From NCBI GenBank assembly GCA_018062305.1, contig JAGOSK010000002.1, positions 5,495-69,494 of the forward strand: a DNA stretch of 64,000 bases, in the 5' to 3' direction. Positions within the stretch are counted from its first letter, which is position 1. Every line of letters starts with the position of its first letter. Both the position numbers and the translations under genes were made by a program. This stretch comes from Minisyncoccota bacterium (GTDB lineage Bacteria; Patescibacteriota; Minisyncoccia; Phycocordibacterales; CAIZLB01). Positions 20,747 to 29,288 of this stretch are shown piece after piece. The notes beneath the pieces are model-generated. The model was not told where the DNA came from. It worked only from the letters and a program-made list of their open reading frames with translations, and did not search any database.

Positions 20747-21939
20747 GGATGTAGTATAGCAAAAAGTGCCTCAATTTCTTTAACTGCATCTGACACTGAT
20801 ATATTGCGAATGCAAGGGGCAATTTCTCCAGCTCTGAGATTTTGGCTGCATTTCCAATCGTCACCCCTACAGCTAACATTTTCATCTGCAATGTATCGAT
20901 TAGTGATAGGATTTCCATAAGGAAAAAATCTATTAAAATGTCCACCACCTAAAATGCAAACTACAGGGGTGCCGACCGCAATTGCTAAGTGAAGTGGTCC
21001 AGTTTCGCTTCCAAAATAGAAAAGTGAACGCTGCAATATATGTGCAAAATTTGGTAGATCCGTAAGTCCTGTAATATTAAATATCTTTTCCTTATTTTTT
21101 ACATCAGCAAATATCTTTTCTGATAAATGTATATCTCCTTTACTTCCAGAGATAAGCACTGATAATCCATATTTCTCAACTACGTAGTCTGCGATTTGTA
21201 CAAACTTTTCCAATTGCCATGTTCGATATGGCGCTCCAGCTCCTGCGAGAAGTACACAGTATTTTTTTTCTTTTAGATTGAATTTTGAAAATACTTCATC
21301 AGCCTCACTGTGATCAAACTTTTGTATATCTAAAGAGGGAAAGGTGAGTGTGCACTGCAGACCTGTCACTGCTTGTGCAAAAAACATATTTCGCATGGGT
21401 TCATTGAGATCTGCGGGTGTTATGATTATTCTCGAGTAGTCACCATCTGTCGACATATTTCCAAAAGCGCTCTCAAATGCAATGGTCTCTTTTGCTCCTG
21501 TAGCTCTCACCATGCGGTCTCCAATATATTCGCGGGAGTATACCGCATGCACGACGGTATCAAAACCCTGCTTCGCTAAATTATGCATAAAATTCCTTCT
21601 GTAAAAAAAGTTTGTTCTAAACTTTTTGCCATCGTAAGGGATAATCTTGTCTATAAAGGAGAATTGATTCAATAATTCCAATGCTACTGTGTTTACCACA
21701 AGACTAATCTCAGCTTCTTTGTAGTATTCTCTATAATACGTAAGTGTCGGTATAAATAGTATAAAATCACCAATTACATCTTTGCGTAGTATGAGAACTT
21801 TTTTCTTATGCGCGGCATTGGTATGAGGTGAGCGAAGAGAAAAACTTCGAGCGGTTCTTAAGATCCAACATTCGATACTGATATATGTATCCATGATGCC
21901 TTTAAAGATAGATCTAGTGATAGTACGAACAGAGCTCAT
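20743..21939 (-). CDS. Glycosyltransferase family 9 (heptosyltransferase-like)
   Basis: KKVLILRKDVIGDFILFIPTL at the N-terminus and GSETGPLHLAIAVGTPVVCILGG near the C-terminus are the classic GT9 motifs. Confidence 0.8.
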   Translation of the reverse strand: MSSVRTITRSIFKGIMDTYISIECWILRTARSFSLRSPHTNAAHKKKVLILRKDVIGDFILFIPTLTYYREYYKEAEISLVVNTVALELLNQFSFIDKIIPYDGKKFRTNFFYRRNFMHNLAKQGFDTVVHAVYSREYIGDRMVRATGAKETIAFESAFGNMSTDGDYSRIIITPADLNEPMRNMFFAQAVTGLQCTLTFPSLDIQKFDHSEADEVFSKFNLKEKKYCVLLAGAGAPYRTWQLEKFVQIADYVVEKYGLSVLISGSKGDIHLSEKIFADVKNKEKIFNITGLTDLPNFAHILQRSLFYFGSETGPLHLAIAVGTPVVCILGGGHFNRFFPYGNPITNRYIADENVSCRGDDWKCSQNLRAGEIAPCIRNISVSDAVKEIEALFAILHP

Positions 21940-21949
21940 TGTATTATAA

Positions 21950-22738
21950 TTATATTATTCCTCGTCTCTTTAATTCTTGATTATCACTATATGTCTTTGT
22001 TTTTAGAAAAATCTTCTTCAAGAACAAATCAAGTTCAAATTTTGTAGAGAACATGAGAAGTTTAAATAGCCATTGTGGGAAGTTTTTATTTGAGAACAAG
22101 TGTATGTTTTTTCCATCAGTGTAGAAATGCACACCATGTTGCTTGGCAATATAGGAGAGTGATTCTTTTGAGTAAAAAGCTACATGTTGACCATGATTGA
22201 GTCCATAGTATTCCCAATCTGAAGCGGGTGGAGTTTCCTTTGGTAACAAGACTGTTGAAAAGAAAATATTTTTTGTAATAGAAAACATTTTGTCTATCTC
22301 TTCCTTGGGGTTGGGGAGGTGTTCAAAACATTCAAACGTACTGAGTAGCTCAATCGGCGTGTTCTGTTCCTTCTTATATTCAAATCCTTGAGCAAATAGA
22401 TTCTTGGTGTAAATATCATCCCATAAGAAATTTAATCCATAATCTCTCATAAGACGTGTAAGCATACCGTAGCCTCCTCCATAATCTAGATAAGTTTTAT
22501 CAGTTCCAAAAATGAGTGAACAGAGAATAAGTGTCTTTCGAGAAAGATAGACATTTCGCATTACATAACCTGTGTCTGTGATATTTATAGGAGCCTCATA
22601 AGCTTCTGTAAGCCATGTTGGATTATCTATAAACATAAAACCACACGATTGGCAGAGATAATACTCAGCCTGATGGGTATTTCGGACAGTAAGTGTTTTT
22701 ACATGTTTTGATTCTGAATCGCAGATTTTACATTTCAT
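21950..22738 (-). CDS. SAM-dependent methyltransferase with N-terminal C4 zinc ribbon (sugar C/O-methyltransferase-like)
   Basis: CKIC...CQSC forms a Zn ribbon. Motif I is LDYGGGYGMLTRLM, with a Methyltransf_13-like layout. Confidence 0.7.
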   Translation of the reverse strand: MKCKICDSESKHVKTLTVRNTHQAEYYLCQSCGFMFIDNPTWLTEAYEAPINITDTGYVMRNVYLSRKTLILCSLIFGTDKTYLDYGGGYGMLTRLMRDYGLNFLWDDIYTKNLFAQGFEYKKEQNTPIELLSTFECFEHLPNPKEEIDKMFSITKNIFFSTVLLPKETPPASDWEYYGLNHGQHVAFYSKESLSYIAKQHGVHFYTDGKNIHLFSNKNFPQWLFKLLMFSTKFELDLFLKKIFLKTKTYSDNQELKRRGII

Positions 22739-22746
22739 AGGTATAA

Positions 22747-23673
22747 CTATATAACTGATTTGAACTTATCCCAAATTTTTCTATATATAGATTTTATATA
22801 TAATCTATGGGATACAATAGAATCTAAGTCTTGTCGTATAGGTAGTTCGGCTTCAAGGTGAGGGCTTGGTAGCTCCTGTATATCAATACTGGACAGCTTC
22901 TTCGAGAATTGACTAAATGATGATTGAGCTTGAGTATGTGTCCCTTCAGATCCAAATCCAATATTTTCTATAAGATTCTGTACTGGTGTTATGCAAACCC
23001 CATTCGATTTAAGTATTGTGTACGCCCACTGTGCATCCCAAGTATTAATCTGCTTATTTCTTATGTGTTTAAATAATGAAATCCAGAATTTACCAATTCT
23101 TCTGTCTTTAAATTGAGATAAAATATGTTTTTGTGTTGTAGATTCTTCAATCCCTGTCATCTCTATGTCGTATGCATTCCAAGCACGGCGCCAGGAAGCC
23201 CAACCCCAAACGTGAACATTTTTAGAAAAGTAATACGAGTCGTGAGTGCCAATATTTTTATTCAACTCATCAGCTATAAAATTACTTCCATTTATATGAA
23301 AAATTCTACTGTCATTTGCGTACTGTGAAAGCATGAGACCTGCAAAATCGAAGAATGTTGGATCAGGTAAACAATCGTCCTCTAGAATAATTCCTTGTTC
23401 TTCATTTTCAAAAAACCAAGTAATAGCGCTAGAAACTGCTTTTTTACAGCCTAAATTTTTATCTCTATATAGTCTTTTGACCTCACAAGGCCAATCGATA
23501 GTTTCAGTAATAGCTCTCACTGCGTCGCATTTTTCTTTTTCCCCAGGCCTGTCCTGACGAGGTCCGTCTGCCGATATATAGAGCTTCTCTGGTTTTGCCT
23601 TTCTTATCACTTCAAAAACACGCTCAGTTGTATCCTTACGATTGAATATTATAAATAAGATAGGGGTTTCCAT
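22747..23673 (-). CDS. GT-A fold nucleotide-sugar transferase (HlpA-like)
   Basis: PILFIIFNRKDTTERVFEVIRKAKPEKLYISADGPR and IILEDDCLP are motifs seen in HlpA-like glycosyltransferases. The family assignment is tentative. Confidence 0.55.
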   Translation of the reverse strand: METPILFIIFNRKDTTERVFEVIRKAKPEKLYISADGPRQDRPGEKEKCDAVRAITETIDWPCEVKRLYRDKNLGCKKAVSSAITWFFENEEQGIILEDDCLPDPTFFDFAGLMLSQYANDSRIFHINGSNFIADELNKNIGTHDSYYFSKNVHVWGWASWRRAWNAYDIEMTGIEESTTQKHILSQFKDRRIGKFWISLFKHIRNKQINTWDAQWAYTILKSNGVCITPVQNLIENIGFGSEGTHTQAQSSFSQFSKKLSSIDIQELPSPHLEAELPIRQDLDSIVSHRLYIKSIYRKIWDKFKSVI

Positions 23674-23718
23674 GTTGGTTATTTAGGCACGATTTCTGTG
23701 GTTGTATTTTAGTTTTAA

Positions 23719-25695
23719 TTATCTAACATAGTAACCACTAGATTTTTTAAATGTAAAAATATCTACACTCCCTCCATGTATATTATACGGTAATACTGCT
23801 GTAAATGGCTTAGGTAGAGCCGCAGCAACAGCGGCACCTCCAGAAAGTACGGTTATGAAATAGTGGCATGAAGAAATCATATCCACGTATTGGAAAAGAT
23901 TTTGTTTTGTAGGATTAATCTCTTCAATTTTTAGATTTCTATTGTCACTCAATCTCTTTTCAATTTCATTATCAAATGTTTTGTCTTTGTAGAACCACCC
24001 CAATTTTTTACCACTAATATAATTTTTATCCACTAAAATTGTATCTGAGTATTCATTTAGAATATTTGGTCTGTAATAGATTTCAGGGATTCCTTCGCCA
24101 TTCAAACCAAATTGTCTTTCTACTATTTCTGTAAGAGCGCAACCTCTTTGGTCTGTAATGATGTTGTAGATTGACTTATCTGAAGCAAATATTTCAAACT
24201 CAAAGAAATTGCCATCGTCTCGTACCCCTTTAAAATAGGGATTCATCTCAAAGCATAATTTAAAAATGTCATTATTTCTCAACGAAGCGATACATCTAGT
24301 TGTTAGATAAAATTTTATTCCGTACTGCTCATGTAATAATCTAGGTAGACTTGTAAACGCCATCCAGTCACCGAGACCTCCGAAACGAATATCAAAGATA
24401 ATTTCCTTTGTCTTTTTAATATATTCTATTCGCTCATAGTAGAATGCTCGTTCCGATTTTCTTTGATAAAGATCAATGAGATTGTTTTTAAATGAAAGAG
24501 CACCGAATATTACTTTAGATAGTGCTGAGTTGTTTTTTATAATCTTTTTTGCTTTGCGTAACATTTTAGACACGATTGATTCTGCATCACCGCGCTTAAC
24601 ATAGTTGCGGATATTTTCTATCTTTTTATATGCTTCACGTTGTGATGTTCCTTCTCGACATAGCTGTGCCATCTGTATTTTTTCCTTCAGAGCAGGATAA
24701 GGAAATTCAGTTTCCGATAGTGTGTTTAAAATGGCTAATGCCTCATTATATAAACCTTTTCTAATATATTCAGAACCGGCCCAGTATCTCTCAGTCATGA
24801 TTTGTGATTTTGATAACCTCTTTACAGTTTCAATAGAATAATTTTGATCAAGATTTGAAGTAAATTCTGTATTGAAAATTTCTGGATAGCTCTTAATTAA
24901 ATCCATCAAACCGATTGTAGTTTGTGTGAAATTGAATGAAAGTATTTCTTTTTGGACATGTTCTTTAAAAAGGATCAAAAACTCATCAAGCACCTCAAAC
25001 CAGTTATAGTTTGTCTTGCCACTTTCATATTCACGCACATAGTATGATTTGTTGAAATGTTGACGGTGAAGATAGGTTGCCTCGGGACACGTGCTTGCAT
25101 ACAAACCGTGTGCTAAAAAACGCCAGGCAAAGGATTGAGTGTCGAACCCATGGAATTCCGTATAGCCATTAGTTATTTCAAATGCCTTTTTTGTATGCAT
25201 GAATGTTGAATAGAGTGGGTTGAAGGGTCCTTTGGTATTCTCAATTAATGCATTTAGTGGAATTTTTTCATTTACATATCCAAATTCATCAACTCTAAAT
25301 ACATCTGACACGTCCGCACCTTTAAATTTAATCGATTTGTGAATACCAACTCCATCGCAATTCAATCTTTTCATATGTGTAAGCATCAATGAAAGTGTGT
25401 TTTCGGGTAACAGATCATCACTATCAAGACAAAAAATAATTTCAGCGGCGCTTTCTTTGATAGCACGGTTCCGCGTTGCCCCACCTCCAAGGTTCTTTTC
25501 GTTTCTATAAATACGTATTTCAGGGTATCTTGATGTGAGAATTTGCATTAAGTTCCATGTTGAATCTGTTGACCCGTCATCTACCATTATAATTTCAAAA
25601 GAACTGAGGTTTTGGATGAAGCATGATTCAACAGCCGCTTCCAGGGTTTCGTAACAGTTGTAGCAAGGGATTATTATAGTTAGCTCAGGTTTCAT
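23719..25695 (-). CDS. Multidomain glycosyltransferase: N-terminal GT2, central helical/TPR-like segment, C-terminal GT9-like domain
   Basis: N-terminus: TIIIPCYNCYETLEAAVESC and IMVDDGSTDST (GT2). C-terminus: FDIRFGGLGDWMAFTSLP and LSGGAAVAAALPKPFTAVLP (GT9-like). 658 aa. Confidence 0.7.
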   Translation of the reverse strand: MKPELTIIIPCYNCYETLEAAVESCFIQNLSSFEIIMVDDGSTDSTWNLMQILTSRYPEIRIYRNEKNLGGGATRNRAIKESAAEIIFCLDSDDLLPENTLSLMLTHMKRLNCDGVGIHKSIKFKGADVSDVFRVDEFGYVNEKIPLNALIENTKGPFNPLYSTFMHTKKAFEITNGYTEFHGFDTQSFAWRFLAHGLYASTCPEATYLHRQHFNKSYYVREYESGKTNYNWFEVLDEFLILFKEHVQKEILSFNFTQTTIGLMDLIKSYPEIFNTEFTSNLDQNYSIETVKRLSKSQIMTERYWAGSEYIRKGLYNEALAILNTLSETEFPYPALKEKIQMAQLCREGTSQREAYKKIENIRNYVKRGDAESIVSKMLRKAKKIIKNNSALSKVIFGALSFKNNLIDLYQRKSERAFYYERIEYIKKTKEIIFDIRFGGLGDWMAFTSLPRLLHEQYGIKFYLTTRCIASLRNNDIFKLCFEMNPYFKGVRDDGNFFEFEIFASDKSIYNIITDQRGCALTEIVERQFGLNGEGIPEIYYRPNILNEYSDTILVDKNYISGKKLGWFYKDKTFDNEIEKRLSDNRNLKIEEINPTKQNLFQYVDMISSCHYFITVLSGGAAVAAALPKPFTAVLPYNIHGGSVDIFTFKKSSGYYVR

Positions 25696-25699
25696 CTTT

Positions 25700-26506
25700 T
25701 TATAGTTTTACAATAAGAACAGATCCGCTTTTGTCTGGCATCGGGATTGGTATTTCTTGCTTGTCTCTAAAGAATGTATCAACAGCCTCTCGTGCGCCGA
25801 TCCAAGAATTATAGTCATGCACAACAATCATTGCACCCGTACTCATTTTTGGATAAAACATTTCAAGCCCTTTGAATGTGGGTTCATATAGATCAGCATC
25901 AAGATGTACAAATGAAAAATTCATACTGTCGAAAGATGTAGGCAGTATGTCAGGGAAGTAGGCTTGGTAATAAGAAACATTAGCATTGCCATCAATATAT
26001 TTTTGTACACTCTCGAGGTTTGTATCTGCGAAGTGGTTCTGTGATATTGAAAGGCCTGTTAGACTTTTTTCAGCGTTTACGCTTCGTTCTTTAAAACCCG
26101 CAAACGTATCAAACAAATGCAATTTTCGTTCAGGGGCATATTTATGTAAAAGCTTCGCTGTTGATCCCTTATATACACCAACTTCAGCAAAATCTCCAGG
26201 AATGTTATTCTCTGTGATTGTACGTAAAAAAAGTACGAGCATGTCTCTACGTGTTGTGTCCCAGGGTTCAATGTCAGTTATCGTTCTCTCGATGCAATCA
26301 TTTTTTGGAAAATAACCATGAGTGATATCTATAAAATCTTTTTTGTACCATAAAGATTTAGGCTGTAAGTCCATCTGTCCTTGAAGATAGAATGCAGACT
26401 TTTTCACTAAGCCTGCCATTGTCTTGCCGTGCATTCTTATTAAGCCATAAAAAAACTCTGATGGATCTTTAATTGATTTAATAATATTTAATAGTATTTT
26501 ATTCAT
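25700..26506 (-). CDS. TylF/MycF/NovP-type sugar O-methyltransferase (macrocin O-methyltransferase family)
   Basis: Motifs GDFAEVGVYKGSTAKLL and VHLDADLYEPTFKGLEMFYPKMSTGAMIVVHDY are characteristic of this family. Confidence 0.8.
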   Translation of the reverse strand: MNKILLNIIKSIKDPSEFFYGLIRMHGKTMAGLVKKSAFYLQGQMDLQPKSLWYKKDFIDITHGYFPKNDCIERTITDIEPWDTTRRDMLVLFLRTITENNIPGDFAEVGVYKGSTAKLLHKYAPERKLHLFDTFAGFKERSVNAEKSLTGLSISQNHFADTNLESVQKYIDGNANVSYYQAYFPDILPTSFDSMNFSFVHLDADLYEPTFKGLEMFYPKMSTGAMIVVHDYNSWIGAREAVDTFFRDKQEIPIPMPDKSGSVLIVKL

Positions 26507-26515
26507 ATGTTTATC

Positions 26516-27463
26516 TTAATGAAGCTTCTTTGCTATCTCCTGATCTATTTTAATTCTTTTTATCCAATAATCCATCCGTAGTGGCTCCCAATTCGGATTC
26601 TTCATAAGCTCATTGTATTTTTGAGATAGAGATTCAGGTGTCTGATAATCGTCTAGTTCCTTCCAATCTTTCACAATCCACATTGGTAATCCAAGCGAAA
26701 CAAAATATCTATAAGCAACAAAGTCTTTGACTATAGGTACTGTACGTAGCTCTAATGCCTCCCAAGTCCTATGGCTTTCTATAGAGTTTCCAGGAGGTGA
26801 GGCGACAAATTTATATGTCATTAATTTTCGCAGATGAAGACTTGGAGGTAGCATCTGCGAAAAAGTTTCCATTAAAGGGTGTTTAAAAAAGAGCTCAAGA
26901 GCTGGCTTTCTTTCTGTTGGATTTGTATACACACTAAATCTAAAAAGAATTTTATCTTGCTTGACTAGAGGGTTGCACCTCATCTTCTTAATCAAACGAT
27001 TGAATACAGCCGGAATACCATTCATGTAATATCTTTTGTTTTCCAGCGAAATCCCAATCGGGACAATCTTATCATGTTTAAAGACAACGTCCTGTGCGTA
27101 GCATTTTACAATCTTATCGTCGATCATATTCGCAAAGGTTTGGTCGATTGCATTATCACCGTTATGTACGAGAAGTATATACGGGTATTTAATTTGTTTA
27201 TGCAAAGTCTGCATGTATTTATGTGCACAGCTATTTGATGCAAAAACGATGTCTCCTTGCTTTACGTCTTTTGGATTGAATGCAGTTTCTTCATCATATA
27301 TATGTTGCGCCAGTAGCCTAAAAGAATCTCCACTTATGAAAGGATAACTTCCAGGACGACTGTCTCTGGTTATTTTCATCCATATTTTTCTATAGATACC
27401 ACGTCGGAGAATCATAATATATTTACTTAAAGTAAATGTAAGTGGGCTTATTTTTGCTTCCAT
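26516..27463 (-). CDS. Hypothetical protein of the glycan cluster (possible transferase)
   Basis: 315-aa ORF co-oriented with flanking glycan genes. No confident motif was found. Confidence 0.55.
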   Translation of the reverse strand: MEAKISPLTFTLSKYIMILRRGIYRKIWMKITRDSRPGSYPFISGDSFRLLAQHIYDEETAFNPKDVKQGDIVFASNSCAHKYMQTLHKQIKYPYILLVHNGDNAIDQTFANMIDDKIVKCYAQDVVFKHDKIVPIGISLENKRYYMNGIPAVFNRLIKKMRCNPLVKQDKILFRFSVYTNPTERKPALELFFKHPLMETFSQMLPPSLHLRKLMTYKFVASPPGNSIESHRTWEALELRTVPIVKDFVAYRYFVSLGLPMWIVKDWKELDDYQTPESLSQKYNELMKNPNWEPLRMDYWIKRIKIDQEIAKKLH

Positions 27464-27670
27464 ATGAGTAATAGTATATCTTATAATATATGTTTTGCGA
27501 GGTGTGTTTCTACGTGTCGTAATGTGTGTAGTCTAAGGCTTGTGTTTGCTTGACTACTGTAGAAGCCCCTCATTATGCACCACATATGCAACTTTAATAT
27601 ACAAGTATAGAATGAGATATTCAATACGTATATTCTTAAACTTGAGGCATAAGTAAACGCCTTGCCGAAA

Positions 27671-29209
27671 TTATCCGCGTCGGAGTGTTTTCTTTGCAAA
27701 ACCCAATATATCCCGCACATCCTCCTTTTCGAAAAACCCGAAGATAAAATAAATACCGAGAAATAAACTTCCAGATACAGCTCCGAATACTAGTACCGTT
27801 GGAAAATTGTATATAAATTGTTTGAATATTAACTGGTTTAATACAAACACAATGACACCAGTAGACAAGAGCTTAGCGGAAAGTGCGACATAATGAATTT
27901 TTCGCCCAGTTAAATTAAGTAATTTGTATTCTATCCAATAGAGGAGTAATAGATATGGTATGAAGCAAAAGAGATATGCCCAGGCTGCTCCGATTATACC
28001 CATCTTTGGAAGGAATATAAAAAGTAGTATTGCGTTTATAAAAGCTGATGTGAGTGACGTCATTGTGAGTTGTTTGAGTCGTCCTAAGCCAGTTAAAAAA
28101 CCTGAAAGAGTACCTGACAATGAAATGATCCAGTTTGTGAGAGCTAATATAACAAGAATACCAGTGGTTTTTTCAGCGACGTCAACGCTTATCCAATATT
28201 TGAGCATAAGGTAAGGGAAAGAGATGATCGTCACCGTAATAGCTGTCGAGAATACGGCAATTAATCTAGTTGTTCTTATATACAGTGTTTTGACCCGTTC
28301 GCGGTCACCAACACTCTCAAAACTCGCTGTCATAGGGAACACCACACTGGTAAATGTCTGTGAGAGTCCTGGAGTCTTGCTTGCTATACTGCCAGCCAAA
28401 CTGTAGTAAGTAAGATTTGATGGACCTATAAATACAGGTATTATGGCCTTATCAAGATAAGCCAAAAGTGAACCTGCAATGTTATTAAAAAAAACTCCAA
28501 AGCCAAAAGTGTATACCTGAAGAAGCTCTCTTTTGTCAAAACCGAATTGGTGCAGATCTTTTTGAGTCTCTACTGGTAGTATGTGTGTAGAATTGTCTCT
28601 ATATAAAAAATAAAAACACGCATACAAAACTGCCAGTGCAATAAAAATATTGTTTAGTCCAATGTGAAATATTACACCTAAGACAATAACAGTTTGTTGA
28701 AATGTAAAGAATGCTATGCCAATTTTTGTACCAACATCTACTCTCTGTAAGGCTGTTGGTATGACTATATATAATGTCACCATAGAGTTTATAAAAAACA
28801 TAATCCCCGCTGATATAAAAGCAGGGTAATAGTGCATATAATTGACGATTGCTTCTGGAAAAAATATATTTCCAATATATAGAGTAGAGATTATTAGTAG
28901 TCCTCCAAATATCCCAATAAAAAATAAAATGGTGTTACCAGTCTTAAATAGGGAAGATAAGCCTAGATAGTTTTTTGTACTGTGCCGTTCTGCTATGAAT
29001 TTAGCAAAGGCAGAAGAGACACCTATTTCAATCAGCCCTACTATACTTATGAGAGTACTAATAAATACATATATACCGTATTCTTTTACACCCAGACCAA
29101 TAACAACTATTGGTGTAACAAAAATTGCTATGAGTATAGGCCAACCAAAACCTATTAGACTAAAAGAAATATTTTTTAAAGCCCTGTGAGTTATGCTAGT
29201 TTTATCCAT
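27671..29209 (-). CDS. wzx: Wzx-type oligosaccharide flippase (polysaccharide biosynthesis protein, MOP superfamily)
   Basis: 512 aa with about 14 predicted TM helices. The N-terminus LKNISFSLIGFGWPILIAIFVTPIVVIGLGVKEYGIY is typical of PF01943 proteins. Confidence 0.85.
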   Translation of the reverse strand: MDKTSITHRALKNISFSLIGFGWPILIAIFVTPIVVIGLGVKEYGIYVFISTLISIVGLIEIGVSSAFAKFIAERHSTKNYLGLSSLFKTGNTILFFIGIFGGLLIISTLYIGNIFFPEAIVNYMHYYPAFISAGIMFFINSMVTLYIVIPTALQRVDVGTKIGIAFFTFQQTVIVLGVIFHIGLNNIFIALAVLYACFYFLYRDNSTHILPVETQKDLHQFGFDKRELLQVYTFGFGVFFNNIAGSLLAYLDKAIIPVFIGPSNLTYYSLAGSIASKTPGLSQTFTSVVFPMTASFESVGDRERVKTLYIRTTRLIAVFSTAITVTIISFPYLMLKYWISVDVAEKTTGILVILALTNWIISLSGTLSGFLTGLGRLKQLTMTSLTSAFINAILLFIFLPKMGIIGAAWAYLFCFIPYLLLLYWIEYKLLNLTGRKIHYVALSAKLLSTGVIVFVLNQLIFKQFIYNFPTVLVFGAVSGSLFLGIYFIFGFFEKEDVRDILGFAKKTLRRG

Positions 29210-29288
29210 TAGGACTGAATTATACTATAAAAATAGATATGATATACTCCATCTTATATCAAATTAAGCTACATTTAAGAAGATTAAA

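Noticed and set aside
27481-27720. 79-aa minus-strand ORF at the wzx 3' end
   Set aside because: It overlaps the Wzx stop region in another frame and extends into the intergenic promoter region, with no support.
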